DNA of 63,104 nt, counting the filler, from Choristocarpus tenellus KU-1152 (taxonomy: Eukaryota > Protista > Phaeophyceae): assembly GCA_964200185.2 (NCBI GenBank). It is 11 parts of 11 records of this genome, joined end to end, with 100 filler letters (N's around TTAATTAATTAA, not from the genome) between each part and the next. Parts side by side here need not be neighbours in the genome. Positions count along the whole stretch, not along the records: positions 7,869 to 15,584 come from CAXNAD020005696.1; positions 15,685 to 21,263 come from CAXNAD020010362.1; positions 21,364 to 27,483 come from CAXNAD020008896.1; 8 more parts are not named here. One strand, written 5' to 3'. The position numbers and the translations under genes were made by a program. The first letter of the stretch is position 1, and each line of letters starts with the position of its first letter. This document shows, in pieces, positions 13,071-25,756 of this stretch. Under the pieces are notes generated by a model that ran no database searches, was not told the DNA's origin, and saw only the letters and a list, made by a program, of their open reading frames with translations.

Positions 13071-13329
13071 GAGTGAAAGTATCTTAGAGGGTACGAGTTT
13101 TGCCTTGTTTGTCCATTTAGGGCTTGGCTTCTCATGAGTTCTTTAGTGACATTTTCCTACTCCAAAATGTTTAGGAGTAGGTAAAGTGTGCATGTTAGGA
13201 AAAGGTGTGTCAGGAACATGGATATTGACACTTCCTAACAAAAGCGATAGCCAAAATTATATCATAATCGCAACATCCGACTTTGGCCCCCAAATGGACG
13301 CGGCTCTACCCTCTAAGATACTTTGGCTC
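13071..13329 (+). mobile_element. MITE family A, full copy (259 bp)
   Basis: TIRs gagtgaaagtatcttagagggta / taccctctaagatactttggctc. No TSD is visible. Confidence 0.92.
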
Positions 13330-13879
13330 AGATGTAAGTTCATACAAAGACTATTCAAGAAATTGTCCCGAAAGAATGACTAGATGTTTGAACATAATAG
13401 TATGAAGTTGAGGGTTCCACAATGCCAGGGGTTGCACAATAGTTACCACAAGCAGGGAATACCTAGGCGAGCAATGGCGCAATGGTGTGAGTTCATGTAG
13501 TGTCTCTTAAAGAAATTGTTGGTCTTGAAGAATTTGTGAACATCCTAGAATAGCTTGCCGTACATTACTCAAATTGGGGAGTCGGTGCCTTGTATCGCAA
13601 CTGGTGAGTGATGATGTGATCTATAAGTGGTGAATGTGATAAGCACACAAGGGATTGTGCAAACAAACGGAACGTGTGACAAAACCCTCTCCATTACACT
13701 GCACCCCACCAAACTAACTAAAAAAGGCTCAATATGAACAAGACAAAAGGCTTAAAACTCAAAACAATGCCCAAAGCACACCACCCTTTCTCACTGAAGT
13801 TTTTGCTCATAGCACATTAATACACCAGAGAAGTCTTGCAGTTGAACAAGAGCCACCATCGTATTGCTCCTACACTTCT

Positions 13880-14650
13880 CCTTCCTAGGTAAAAAAAAGT
13901 CTTGTAAATTCCATGTCTCTCAAAGAGATATTTGGGCAATCAATTTCCCCAGACCAGGCCATTTGTGCCTCCTCACTGGTCTGTCATGGGTGTGAATGTG
14001 GATGGTGTTAAGGATAAAGCGGCAGCCATAGCCGGCAGATGTTAGTCAGGTGCACCAGTCACACAGCAGCGAGCTACTTGGAATAATGTTCGACTAAGAG
14101 TAAGGTCCTCCTATAGCGTTGAGCAAGATACCATTGGATTTCATATGTACCAGAATTTTGTGCTGTTGCACTCTAAAGCATCAACATAAATGCTGAGTTC
14201 TGTGTGTACATGGGGCATGACAAACTCAAATTCTGATGTGATTGGTGTTTGTTTTGAACACTGGAAACCTCCGCAGGACAGTAGATTTCATAAGGTGATC
14301 TGGATAGGAGACACGTCAAGCTCTGAAGCTCTTGCCCGAGGAACTTTGGAAAGGTCAACACCCTGAAAAATATCAAACCTTATAGAGAACATAAAATTGC
14401 TTCAACATATCTTTTCATTACATTAAGGGGAAAGAGAGTTGATAGACCCATTGTTGGGCTGGCAGGGTGGATCGTTGCACACCTCTGAGTCAAAGTACAC
14501 GAGAGGTACCCCAGGTTGAAATTTAAGGATGCCAATAAATGTTACATATGTGCAACAATTGGCATTTATCATAAATGCGTGCGAAACATTTCCCGAATTG
14601 CGTCGAAAAGTTTCAAACAAGAGAGAAATCAACCTCCCCAAGTCAACCTC
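13880..14650 (-). pseudogene. Possible highly degraded CACTA/EnSpm(Tnp2)-like transposase
   Basis: Minus strand reads NFMFSIRFDIFQ..VSPIQITL*NLL..F.MPHVHTEL..LFQV..TG.PD*HLPAMAAALSL. This loosely follows the Tnp2 pattern LSxDGF..WP..NLPP..EL..D.PA. Confidence 0.35.
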
Positions 14651-15229
14651 AGCACTTCACCCATAGAAAAAATATGGGTGGAGATTGCAAGAGTTTGAAA
14701 AATTGACTTAGAATACAAAACGACCAGAACCTGGATAATTCTCGCTTTCTTTGGTTCACCTCTTCAGGAACAGCGAGATTGTTGCTTGGCATATTTTCCA
14801 GCATCTTCTTGCCAACTTTACCACCCTCGCCAATGAGCACTTCATAGTGCCCATGGTGAAAATAGGTGTATACCTCGTTCATAACTTTGGGGGTCCAGCA
14901 GAGTGTTGCCAGCCCCTTTGCTGGAATAGGTCTGCAGACTATGAACCAAAAAAGGAAAAATAAGGAGGGGAGGGGGTGGAGACAATTGTCAAAATCAACC
15001 CATGCAAACCTCCATCAGACAAACACAACCAGAGCCAACACGGGAAAGGGTCGCTTGGCACATTCTGGTTACACTTGCCTACAGCCTGCCCTCGTCGTTG
15101 GCCCTCCTAACATCAGTAATTTGAAGGCCAAATACCAATTCTATGGGCCCCCCTGCCTCTGTAGATGGGGCTACATCCTGACAAAGACAACTCGCATCCC
15201 AGGCTTCCTGCAGGAAGTAGTCGCCTGAT

Positions 15230-15584
15230 AATTCCTGTAGGATATTCCAAAGAATTTTGTTTCAACAGACAAGTATAGATTGGATCCAGCATGTTCAGTG
15301 TGATCTGTCACACTGACAGAGTGCTTAGCGGTTGAGCAGTTGTTTATGGCTACTTTACAAGCGTTTAGTTTGCAGTCAAGCTTTGGCACACAAAGAGATT
15401 CCAGGGTTCAGGGATAAGGAAAGCTCAATAGGGCTTAATGGTGATGTAGCCTCATTCAAAAAGCGTTCGCACAAGCTGTCAATGTAATTGGTCTGCTTAA
15501 TGGAGAGGGTACCATGCTCAAAATCTCTTGTATAAGTGCAACCAGAAAACTGAGACAGCAAGCCAAGGTTTTTGATGGGGAACT
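15230..15584 (-). mobile_element. Ty1/Copia reverse transcriptase fragment
   Basis: FPIKNLGLLSQFSGCTYTRDFEHGTLSIKQTNYIDSLCERF matches the Copia RT motif F.MKDLG....FLG....R....GxxxLsQxxYIxxLLxRF. Later KRILGY-like sequence follows. Confidence 0.85.
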
Positions 15585-15993
15585 NNNNNNNNNNNNNNNN
15601 NNNNNNNNNNNNNNNNNNNNNNNNNNNNTTAATTAATTAANNNNNNNNNNNNNNNNNNNNNNNNNNNNNNNNNNNNNNNNNNNNGTTGGAAGAGTCTAAT
15701 TGAACACACCACTCGACGGTATGGTTACTGCAAGTGCATCCCACTGTGGTAAAGTTATGCTACGCTCGCGGTTACTGAATAAACACTAGTTATGGCATGG
15801 TCGTTGTATGGGTATACAATCTGTGCGGTAGGATATTGTAAGGTGAATAATGTCTACGGTCACCACAGTATGGTTGAGGAATTCTGACGGTTATGCATGG
15901 TTTTCCAATGTTTCCATGGTTCTCAACCATCTATCTGGTGGTATGTTATTTTTGGTAGGTAAATGTGGTAAAAACCAATCACTGACATATTCT

Positions 15994-16054
15994 CCAACCG
16001 TAACCGTAATCGTAACCGTAACCGTAACATATTTCTAACTGTAACCGTAACCGT
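15994..16054 (+). repeat. (TAACCG)n hexamer array, interrupted
   Basis: ccgtaaccgtaatcgtaaccgtaaccgtaac...taactgtaaccgtaaccgta. Scattered inverted CGGTTA motifs occur at ~15715-15895. Confidence 0.85.
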
Positions 16055-18694
16055 ATTTGAGAAGCAAACGTCTTCCTTGTTTGAGTTGAAATAACTTCAT
16101 AGGTTCTCATTCTTCGATATGTGGAAGTGTCAAAGTTGCCAAGTTCTCTGCTCAAGGGAAGGGGGCAATCACAATCACAGGAATGAAACTCTTTCACCTA
16201 AGAGAGTGAGACCGAGTTTCAAGGTCTTGGCTCTAATCTCATAACAGATCAGTAAATCCAGTACAGAACCACTTTTTCAGAACATGACAGATGGTTCCAG
16301 AATGACTGAGCAACGTCACAGCAAAGAAATTGATTTTCAGAATCGGAATGGTTCTTCGTATTGAGGATCCATTTTGACTGTTTGGTCAAATCCGGATCTC
16401 ATGAGAGTGTTTCTTTGGACTGGTCGGTATGGATGAGCTCAAATGACGTGTTTGGCGCGCGCAATTGTATCTGACCGCACGTCTTATACATAAGGTGTGT
16501 GTTGGAAATCCCAAAAAGGAACCTGTCCCTGACAGATACTATGATATAGCCATATAGCCATTGTTTGAAAACTACAACATTCAACCTTTTATGTTCAGTT
16601 CAGTCACAAAAATTGTAACTGATGCCCATGGATAGATAAAATTATCACAGAAATGAGAAGGATTTATAACAAACAACAACCTATAGTACGTACGCCACAA
16701 GGCAAACAACACACCATACAGAAGATGCGTGTTGGACACAATCGAAATCCATCAAATTAACCGTAAGGACAAAATTGATTAGTTAGAAATGAATTTAGAA
16801 CTAAAACTAGAAAAGGTCATCATGTTCTATTTTCTCCAACATACAAATCATAAATACACTTGTTTTGTATGCCTTCCACTAGGTACAAACCAGAATCAAA
16901 TGGTAAGCAAATAATTCATTACGTATTAGGATATCAATCTTTATTGCAAGGTGTTCTTTTCAAAAAATATTTGTCAACTTCTTTTTTATTTGTAGAGAAA
17001 AGCAAATAATTCAAGTCGCATTAAATTGACTATTAATCTTCAATGCAGCAGCGTTTCCTTTTTGTACAAAGGAGTCAATTATTTCTTTCTTGTTTTTGTT
17101 ATGTCTTCATGGTTTCATGATACATAACACAACTGAGGTTGGGTCTTAGATGTGGGTAGGAGCTAGACCTAGAACACAGTGCAACACTAATCTCAGTACT
17201 ACATACGGGGGTAGATTGTTCAATATCTTATGATGATGGCAAGGGAGCGATGGAGGGAGACAGTCCTAGAGCTTACGATAAGAGGATGAATCGATACCTT
17301 CTATGGTAGTTGTCTTCATTTGAGCTTCTCGTCCTGGTAAGGACGATAATCCCGCCACAAAATGCCAACTCATGCTTAGCTTAACATACTTTCCCTGTAG
17401 ACTTAAATCATTGAGTGTGTGCAAGGACCGACCCAAGTTTGCAGAGTTGGTGGTTCCTAAGGATCCAGATGTGCTTGTCGTCTTTAGCCTCTTGGTCTCG
17501 GTCTTATCGAGGTGAGTTTCCTTGTAACCAAAGGTCGAATCTGTCCACTGAAAAGATGAATGAAGAGCCCCTTGATCTCGAATGGACTGCTTTTGCTGCC
17601 ACTCAATGATAGTAGCTCTCAACCACTTCAGGTCGAGAATACTGAAGTACTGTCTTGTAAGGATGAAATCACAGGGATGATATGGTAGGCTTGACTCCAC
17701 TTTGCTGGGTTTATGTTCCAGTTGACGATATCTACGCTGTCGTAGTCGAGGTTGTCAGGTTGTCAAGAAGGAGGGGGAGATAGGAGGCTCAAGGCCGAAA
17801 TCAATGGGTTGAAGACCGCAGGCAAGACCGGTGTAGCCTACCTCTCCCACCTGAAGTTCGGACGTTGCTCTAAAGTCAGCGCGGTGCACAAGTCGATTGA
17901 GGAGGGGCTTATCGCCACTTAGAAGAGTATTAGCACTCTCCTCTCAGTTAGTATTCCGCCTGATTTTGGTTCAACTGTCAATTTCGGAGGGACGAAAACG
18001 CCGAGATAGGCTCCGCCAGTCTTGATTGTGATCTTGAGCTCTTTGATCTTGGCCTTGACCCTGTCGATTTTCTCCTCGGCCTTAGATACCGATGCCGTTA
18101 CTAGACATATATCACATTTTGACAATCCCCAGCGGAACAGTTCATTGCTTTACGGAGCAAGAGTTGGTGTTGGAGCTACGTATACTCTTGCTGCCTGTAA
18201 AGAGCAAAATATACGATGTAGTTTGGGAAGTTCTACTACTGTATGTTTTTTACCTGTACAAGTCCATCCTGCAACTACTGATTGATGTTGTTGTAAGGAA
18301 TATTGTGAAGATGGCAAAACTTACAAAGGTACTCAGAGAACAAAGTGCGTTGCTAATTGCAATTCTCAAGATAGGGGCAGGTTGACCTCACCTCTTACCA
18401 AGGAACACTCATTGACTTAGAAGCCCCTCAATATCTTGATACATTCAGAAGAGTATCACCGGAGGAAATGAAGATCATAATCTTACCACACCAGAAACCT
18501 TACTGCACCGGCATTTTTTCGCCATACTTTTAGCCCTCAATGATTCCCCAATGAGCAGAGCATGCTCTTGCATGCTATGCCCATCCTGATGTTGTGAAGT
18601 CAGTGGAGGTTCAGGCAATATGGAGAGAGAAAAGAAGGCCGAAGACTGCTGCTGTACGTTACCAAGGCAAAACTCTGCCCGTCAGGTTTGCCCT

Positions 18695-18810
18695 GTGCAA
18701 GCAGCCTCCAGCCCTGTGCAGTTGAAGTTAGCAAAGGTAGGATGTCAGTTTTGCCATGTGCAAGCATCCTCCACCCCTGCACAGTTGAAGTTAGGAAAGG
18801 TAGGATGCGC
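18695..18810. repeat. Two-unit ~63-bp tandem duplication
   Basis: gtgcaagca.cctcca.ccctg..cagttgaagttag.aaaggtaggatg occurs twice. Confidence 0.85.
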
Positions 18811-19357
18811 AGGTCATGAAGTTGTTTGTTTGGCATTTGATCTTGACCATGCCTGCTGTGGCACTACCCTTGATTAGTTTGTCGGGTCTATCTTTGTGAC
18901 TATCTGATGTTTTTGCTACCTTTGACCTTATCTCTTTTTTGTCCATGATTGGCCATTTGGAGTGGACATGAATGCATGGAAAACCCCACATATATCGGCT
19001 TACATTCACTCCAACAGATATGGAAGGAAGGTTGGTCCGGATTGGGTTGCTTGTCATTCTTTTTGACAAACTCTTTTATTGATGGCATATTCGCTAAACT
19101 AATTTTGGAAGTCTTTGTTATGATAATACTAATCCTGTTTTTAAATGAATGTCTGAAAAGCTCTTCCCACACTATCTGTCTTGCTTGGTTGTACACTCCT
19201 GCTGTGTCATGGACTGCCTGAAAAATGAAAGCAAGCCGCAAAGACTGAGCCTGAGATGGGCTAGGGTGGAAGAGGGTGGGCATGATATAGACGACAGGAA
19301 CTGGAGGACATCCATAAACTCTTCAACGAGGTTTCATGAACAGTGTAGGAGGATCTG

Positions 19358-19497
19358 GAGCTATATTTTCATGTCGCGATTTTTGGGTGATTTGGTTCCA
19401 TACGTTGGATGGATAATGAAAATGCACTTTTCCTGGTGCTGGTCCAAAAAGGACAATTTGGTGAAGTTCCCCCCCCCCCCCCGAGATACTTTAGGTC
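19358..19497. mobile_element. MITE family B, one end missing
   Basis: Internal cgcgatttttgggtgatttggttccatacgttggatggataatg..; ends with polyC-gagatactttaggtc. Confidence 0.85.
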
Positions 19498-21034
19498 ATC
19501 TTGGCTAGGTTGCAGACATGGCAGAAAATAGAGGTTTCGGAGAGAAATAGTCGACATTGTGAGGCTCAACAAGAGCAGTGAGCAGTAGAGTAGTAGACCC
19601 TGTGCAGGTGTAAGAAATATCCCACTCTTCAACACGTGCTATTATATGTAGATATATAATGTTCGGTACATCAGATATATTGATGGACATGTACTCCATA
19701 CTGTACTATGTGCAATAATAGAGGCCATCTTTTTTTGTGAACTCTGCCGTCAGAATCATAAGAGGAAAACCTTTTCACTCACTACCATTAATCGTTAGAT
19801 AATAATCCATGCAGCTTCTATTTTGATGGCAAATATAATATATTGAGTTAACAAAATATTATTCTTCCTTCGGTGTAATATATCAATTTGAAGCATGTAT
19901 TTGTTCCATTTATGAGGCATGCAAACTATTGATCCAAATTATCACGTGTTGTATTTTCATACTTCTTTTTGATCCTATTTTTACTCTTTGAAGGCGAATT
20001 ACAAAATTGACCAAATAAGCGGAGAAATCTGATAACATGGTCCAATATATTTGATCTCTTGCTCCTCTCTCTATGCCACATACATAGAGTTTGTTCATAT
20101 CTGTACCTCACTCCACTTGGTTCTATTGTTTTGTTCTGTGACTCCACTTAAGGTTTGGACTGACCTGTCTGTGGGTTGTTCTGTCACCTCCTGGTTCTCC
20201 AACCAGCGATGAGCACCACCTTCGAGACCAAAGCAACTATCTGAAATGGTTAAGTTAGAGAAGAAAACTAGACCAACTCAAGATGTTCTAAAACTAAGTT
20301 GCTTGGGTCCGATTTTTCGTTCTTTTCGGTCAATATTCTTACTCATTTCTTCAGTGGAACAATGGAAAGTACTAGAATCTATCCCCGTGTTGTCCTTTAA
20401 GAAACACCAATAATCCCACCATTATAATTCCTTAAACTATGCAAAGTAACAGATGCTCATACGTAACCTAATTCACACAAGAAACACCAAGAGGTGGCCC
20501 AGCGGTCAAGGTTGGGTCATCCTCCACAAACTGCTGAGTCCTCTGGAGTCGTCCACAGATTTCACTAGATGCATCCAAGTTTCATTACCCCTCATTCACA
20601 TGGAACTCGGTCTCTCCCATACTACAATAACTTGTCATTCTGTAGCTGTAGTAACAACGTTTGAGTACTTTTCAAAATCCATCCCGACTGAGAAGTACAG
20701 AAAACGTACAACAAATGAATAGGTCACGCCAAGCAAGGTTGAGGTGGTAGAGTGAGCTCCAGGAGACATCATAATGAGCATGAATGATGTGTTTACACCA
20801 CCTACGGACAGTGTTCCACATTGAGGGGAAAACAAATGTGAAACATACTCTTAAGTAATCAATGTCCTTCAATTGCCCAGCAACATCCCCTAACGAACCT
20901 GCTCATTCTCGGAATAGCTTGTAACGAAGAACAAAGAATTAGGGAAACATCGAGGCAGAAAGGTTGCAAGCAGTGATAAACAACAAAGTTCTATTCACGT
21001 TATTCATACTTTTCCAGAGAGTAAGAGAAGAGGA

Positions 21035-21220
21035 GGCCCAAAGTATCTGGGGGGGGAGGTGGCGGCTGTCCATTTTGGGTCAATTTTTTCACATCGCGAT
21101 TTTTGGGTGATTTGGTTCCATACGTCCGATGGATAATGCAAATGCATTTTTACTGATTTTGGTTCAAATGGACACCCTTGTGTAGAGTAGACCCCACCCC
21201 CCCCCCCCCACCCCCCCCCC
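21035..21220. mobile_element. MITE family B copy
   Basis: ggcccaaagtatctgggggggg..gtccattttgggtc..cgcgatttttgggtgatttggttccatacg..caaatggacacc..gtagacccc-polyC. Confidence 0.88.
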
Positions 21221-21960
21221 CATCCCCCACAACACCACCTTCCCCTCCCTCAGCCTTCATCTTNNNNNNNNNNNNNNNNNNNNNNNNNNNNNNNNNNNNN
21301 NNNNNNNTTAATTAATTAANNNNNNNNNNNNNNNNNNNNNNNNNNNNNNNNNNNNNNNNNNNNGGTGAGGGGGCATCTGATGGGTCTGTTCCACCACCTT
21401 GGCTGGAATTTTTGCATACATTGCTCTATAATATGGGGGGAACGATAGGGCTGTTTCGAAGGCGCGTCAACTACTTGTGTTTCAATTGTTTTGAAGGGAG
21501 GGGCAAGATTTTGTGCCTTTTGAAGGAATTGTGGCTAGAGGGGGGAGGAGAGGGGGGTGAATTTTCTTGTGTGCGGCAAGTTTCATGTGGGTATTCACAT
21601 TTTGTAGTATATTGGAAGGCCGTTTATGTCATCACATTATTACCTACTGTTTCTTTTTTTCTCAATGTTGCTGTCGACCTAGATACAGTGCACTGATTAG
21701 AACAGCAACGATTATACCCACAGCACCTTACTCACCTCAAAAGTCTTACCACAGTATATGCGCATGTATATATCGACACGTACAATTCAGATAGTTCGTC
21801 CGAATTTTCCTCGAGAAGCTGTATCCTATTGCCTGCAGTTCAGAAGAGGTTTCATGGGAGAAGCTCATCTCAAACCCTTTGCCGTCTTTCACCCCTCGTG
21901 TCGTTGGGCTGCCATCGCCACCAACATGAGAATAGGGCGAATGACCAGGATGAAGGAAAA

Positions 21961-21961
21961 C

Positions 21962-22003
<42 letters not shown>
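21961..22003. repeat. (CA)n microsatellite
   Basis: Direct reading of the sequence. Confidence 0.95.
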
Positions 22004-22005
<2 letters not shown>

Positions 22006-22259
22006 GCACCAACACTCTGCCCGTGGCAATTGATGTGAGATGCCTCCTCCCATCCTCCATCCGTACACCTGGTGCGAATTGTTTTGTTGGTCAATCCCCC
22101 GTTGCCTGACTAACCTGGTCCTCCTTATTTGTCTCGCCGGAGTCCCCATCCTTTACCCCCCCAACGCTCATCCCTTCTGCAACTGCTAATTTTAAGTTCA
22201 GCTTTCCCTACTTCACACTGTGGTTTCACCCCATTTCCCCTAACCTTTGCGTGTCTCAG

Positions 22260-22661
22260 AGCGGTTCCTCTTGGTCCTGCTTTCACAGCAACCCTGGCAA
22301 GGGAGGGTGGAAGTATCGGACACGGCGATTTTTGTACCCAAAGAGATGTGGGTGACACGGGGAGCGGGGGAGAAGGTCTCAACAGAGACGAAGAAGTATC
22401 CTCGCCTCGACACGTTCCATCACCCGTCCTCTTGGAGGAGTTCGCACACTGTCTGAAGGCGTTTGGGGAGGGTGCTACCCCTGACGATCTGGTGACTGTT
22501 CTCAAAGGGGGCGAGCCAGAGGTGGGCTTGGATGGTGGGAGAGGGTTAGGTTCGATTCAACCTGAGAGTGCAACTACTGATACTGAAGGCAAAGGTCATG
22601 CGGGAGGATGGGCTGGGGGGTGGGAAGGCGCTGGGGATTGGGGGGAAACTGCTCGTGGCAG
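22260..22661 (+). CDS. Putative exon of an unknown gene (acidic, Gly-rich)
   Basis: Open GC-rich frame (..EEVSSPRHVPSPVLLEEFAHCLKAFGEGATPDDLVTVLKGG..) bounded by a pyrimidine tract-tctcag and a strong ag|gtgagt donor. No convincing in-phase partner exon was found. Confidence 0.4.
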
Positions 22662-25512
22662 GTGAGTGTCCTTAGATGAGGGCGTTGATTATGTCTAAGG
22701 TGGGGGATAAATTATTGCATCTCTTTGTCGCAATCCAATGCAGGGCCAGTATGAGGGAAAGTTGTGGAGAGCTTCAATGCGTCACCGCTGAAATGTTAGG
22801 GGCAATGATATGTACAACATGTACAACACTTCTCTGCCCCTCTCAAAATCATTCCCTTCCACCACAGAGACCTCGCCATTCACATCAGAGGATGTATAGT
22901 CCTCTTCTATTAAGCCTCGTGTCCCAATACTTTGCTGTCGGAGTATGCCCTAGAGTATTCTCTGTTGACGGGATTCATGCCTATATTGATATCGATAAGT
23001 GGAACGAAGAAGGGAGAATGGTATGAAAATGCACTGTTTAAACATCGATAGCCACTATGTGTAATGTTGAGGTAGGAGGACTCTTTCAGTCTACAACCTC
23101 CGCTGGTCCTTCCACCTTGAGATCATTCAATACGTGTTTTTATGGTGGACACGTCGTTAGTGCTCCTCATACCCTTCCTGAACGATGAAAGTTTTGACCT
23201 GAAGGAAACAGGACCATGCCAAAGGAATGAATATATGATAGGCGAAGTGTGTGCCAACCAACAGCGACCCTCGTCCAGCATCGGTTCGTTCTATTTTTTA
23301 CCACTATTTTTTTAATGTATGACCTTCAATAGACTTGAAACAGACCAAGCAACTTGAAGCAAGGAAGCTTATTCCTTTCCTTTCCTTTCATTTCTTGATA
23401 TCATTACATTTCCACACGCTAATGGCCAGCTTGCCATCTTACCCGTATGACCGTGCCCGGGGCCATGTCCAGTGTGGTACACCTTTCTGTTTACGACGTG
23501 AACAGTTTAGCTTTGGGACTGAAGAGGCTTGTGGATGCGTTTGTTGAGGGGGCGCCAGTGCAGAAAGCCTTGGACAGGATGATTGCAACTGGAGACGCAA
23601 GGAGACAAGCAAGGGCAGAGAGAACAGAGATTGACCTTGTTCGATGTGGCCAAGGTTGAAATAGCTGGTGGACACCTTGCAATTGGGTAGTCACAGTCTT
23701 GAGGGAGATGGCAGGCCTTGATATTTGGGAGTTATCATTGACGTCTCTGTGTATTGTCAATTGATTGGTGTTAATGCTCTGCTGCAAAGCGGTTCCCTTC
23801 TTACTATGAACAAATGGAACACATTCAAGAGGTCGTGTTGTGATGTTGCCGACCCAAGAGGCGCAGGGGAAGATCGTAAGTGTGGAGGACCTGACTACAT
23901 GTGGCATGAATGAAGAGGAACTTATGATGTCAGTGGGTAGTAGTGTGCTTAATGGGCTGTTCTTTTACTCCATATTCCCCCTGCTCTGAGGTACCTTGTG
24001 TTTGAGCATAGTTCGGACATCCCGCTGCACAACAGCACATACATATGGTTGAAACACTTGAGCGAACCCCCTTTACCTTACAGATGTATGAACTACACAG
24101 TGCGTCATATGGATATTGATTAACTTTGATGTTGGATAAAATTTGCATGTATGGGAGTCTGTATTTCCCCTCATGAATGGCAGTGTTGAAACATCTAGGT
24201 CGTAGGTCATACCACTGTACTGTATATTTGTTCATAGAACCCTACAAGAAGCTGTCCAACAATCGTAGCTGAATGACCTACACTGTACGTCAGACGGATA
24301 CTGAGTTGTGATTGGACAATAATAATTATGTAGAAGAAATATGATCCCCCTTCCTAAAGCATTTTTTTTAGAGGCACTGGCTCATAACTAGTCTTTTCCA
24401 AAGATTCAAGGCATCTAACAGAGTCTTTCCCACTCCTTTCATGCCTGGTCTAACACACCAACATTCATCAGTTTGCACTTATTCATCCAATCTCGAGGAA
24501 TAAGTCTCTTCTATGAGCATCATTAGCACCATCAGAATGTGAGAATTGAGACCAATGCAGAATCCATCAACGGACCACTGGATCACAATCACGCAGGTTC
24601 CACTACATAAGCGCTCCGGTCTTAGGGAGATGCTCTGTTTTTGACTTGACTTTTTCAGGTTTGTTGGAGCACAGAACCTTCTTGATTGAGGGTTCCCCAT
24701 CCTCGCAAGCCAACGTCAAACCATATTGTCATACTTAGCATACCTTTTTTTGTACATGTATAGTATTGTTTATTTGGTACTACTGTCCTTGAATCTGAAT
24801 CTGTATGTGTACAGCGGTTGTTGTACCGACTGGACCACCTTTTCGTTCTTTCCTCTTCGTTCAGTTAGCATGTGGGTAGGTCTACGACATCCTCCTCCTC
24901 CTCCCACGCTTACCCTGCCCTTGTGACTGAGAGTTGCTGTGTTGCTCTCACTTCCTCCAGAGGCGCAAGTTTGCAACACTAGGGACAAAAATGGGTGGGA
25001 ACTCGCTTTTGTATATATAGCAGTGTGAACTTTTTTGATGAGATGTTGCAGCAGTGCAATGCACTCCTTCGAGTCATTTGACAACGGCAAAATACCAATG
25101 GTCCGGGTAGCCACTAGACATCTGCTCTTCACCATGTTTTGTGTGCTGAGTAATATAATGTACAAGCCATCATGTCATTGACACTATAGCAACATACAAG
25201 AGTGAACGTTCACAGACGACCATCAGTGCACAAGCTCTGTCCTTGACGTCAGTCAGGTTTCTTCTTTTTCTCTTCTCTGCCTTTCTTATTCTGTTTTGTT
25301 TTTTCATTCTTATTTTTACCGGATTGATAATGAAGTTCCTTTTCTGGGTACGGTACCTTTCTCCATCCTTATTGTGCAACCTGCTATGGCCAAAGATTTA
25401 CTTCGATCACATCATGAAAAAACTTCAACATCTTTTTTTCACAAGTATCATTTCTAGTAATAAAATATTCTATTGAGTGTCCTGCGAATTAGTACACACT
25501 CTTCATACAACA

Positions 25513-25756
25513 GAGGCAGAGTATCTTAGAGGGTAGAGCCGTGTCCATTATTTGGAGGTCAAAATCCAATGCTGCAATTTTGATGTAATTTTGGCTATCG
25601 TGTTTGCTAGGAAGTGTCAATATCCTTGTTCCGGATACACGTTTTCGTAACATGCACATTTTACTTGCTCCGAAACATTTTGGAGTAGAAACATGGGAAG
25701 CCAAGCCCCAAATGGACAAACAGGGCAAAACTCGTACCCTCTAAGATACTTATCTC
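25513..25756 (-). mobile_element. MITE family A copy (reverse orientation, diverged)
   Basis: gaggcagagtatcttagagggtagagcc ... cgtaccctctaagatacttatctc. Confidence 0.9.

Noticed and set aside
21746-22149. ORFs containing CVCVCV/HTHTHT runs
   Set aside because: These are translations of the (CA)n microsatellite.
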